A program made the translations under genes and the position numbers. DNA of 64,000 nucleotides. Origin: Pyrinomonadaceae bacterium (GTDB lineage: Bacteria; Acidobacteriota; Blastocatellia; Pyrinomonadales; Pyrinomonadaceae). Below, one piece after another: positions 63,728 through 64,000 of the stretch (position 1 is the stretch's first letter; every line of letters starts with the position of its first letter). The DNA lies in contig JBGTOA010000032.1 in NCBI GenBank assembly GCA_041742785.1, positions 6,145 through 70,144 of the forward strand. Direction: 5' to 3'. Below the pieces are notes generated by a model that searched no databases, was not told the origin of the DNA, and worked only from the letters and a program-made list of their open reading frames with translations.

Positions 63728-64000
63728 ATGCAACAACATATTATCTCCCTCATTCCTGCATTACTCACCTTCGCCGTGGGCGTGGGCTGCACCCTGCTCT
63801 CTTATAAGTTCATGCCGCCGGCGGTTTCCCTGTGTGAGATAGCCCGCCATCCCGAGTGGTACGACCAGCAAGTCGTTCGCGTCAGCGGATCAGCTTCCGT
63901 GATTTATGGCGGTGCTGTAACGCAGCAGAGTGCGTTCGCGCAATATGACTATGACCCCGCTTCGGTGCTTCTAGCCTCAAAGCACGCCAAGTTGATTGTT
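63728..64000 (+). CDS. hypothetical membrane-anchored protein, 5' part (runs off the right edge)
   Basis: ATG at 63728. There are 91 codons without a stop to the window end (MQQHIISLIPALLTFAVGVGCTLLSYKF...). It is absent from the ORF track because it is open-ended. Confidence 0.45.
   Translation, partial: MQQHIISLIPALLTFAVGVGCTLLSYKFMPPAVSLCEIARHPEWYDQQVVRVSGSASVIYGGAVTQQSAFAQYDYDPASVLLASKHAKLIV

Overview
The gene content looks like a soil bacterium, possibly Acidobacteriota (very large CarboxypepD_reg/TonB-dependent-like outer-membrane proteins, a CadC-TolB regulator, a BNR/sortilin-like protein). This taxonomic call is inference only.

Layout:
(1) 1-6.1 kb: a minus-strand tandem array of at least five secreted parallel beta-helix paralogs plus one decayed copy. 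Two neighbours share a mosaic, near-identical tract.
(2) 6.1-9.9 kb: a SAM methyltransferase, then a visibly AT-richer module. The module carries a large serine recombinase split across two reading frames at a T6 run. Its 3' end is encoded by a copy of the 3' half of tRNA-Glu.
(3) 9.8-32.1 kb: a self-contained group 1h/5-type (high-affinity, non-Tat) [NiFe]-hydrogenase block. It holds hhyS, hhyL, a NifU-domain protein, five conserved unknowns, the maturation protease, two tiny membrane ORFs, a YceI-like protein, hypA, hypB, hypF, hypC, a SIS protein, hypD, hypE and a Ni/Co permease. It is preceded by an orphan second HhyS-like small subunit that appears co-transcribed with a soluble PAS-PAS histidine kinase and a NarL/LuxR regulator. 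I consider this orphan-subunit module the best candidate for an undescribed H2/redox-sensing module.
(4) The hydrogenase block and a second 4.7 kb segment are each bounded by direct copies of the tRNA-Glu(UUC) 3' end. The intact tRNA lies at 36680-36755. The stretch next to it contains several gene fragments (a tRNA-Leu 3' stub, a chrA N-terminus, an outer-membrane barrel C-terminus).
(5) 37-64 kb: mostly ordinary envelope and housekeeping genes. These are two giant TonB-dependent-like OMPs, a frameshifted TonB-like gene, VIT-vWA, a class A beta-lactamase-like protein, a TPR protein, DUF4097, a BNR protein, FKBP, citrate synthase, tRNA-Arg and DUF1593.

Several families of short intergenic palindromes and heptad-periodic hairpin repeats sit at gene junctions, especially inside the hydrogenase cluster. 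All homology calls come from motif recognition by eye. No database search was run.
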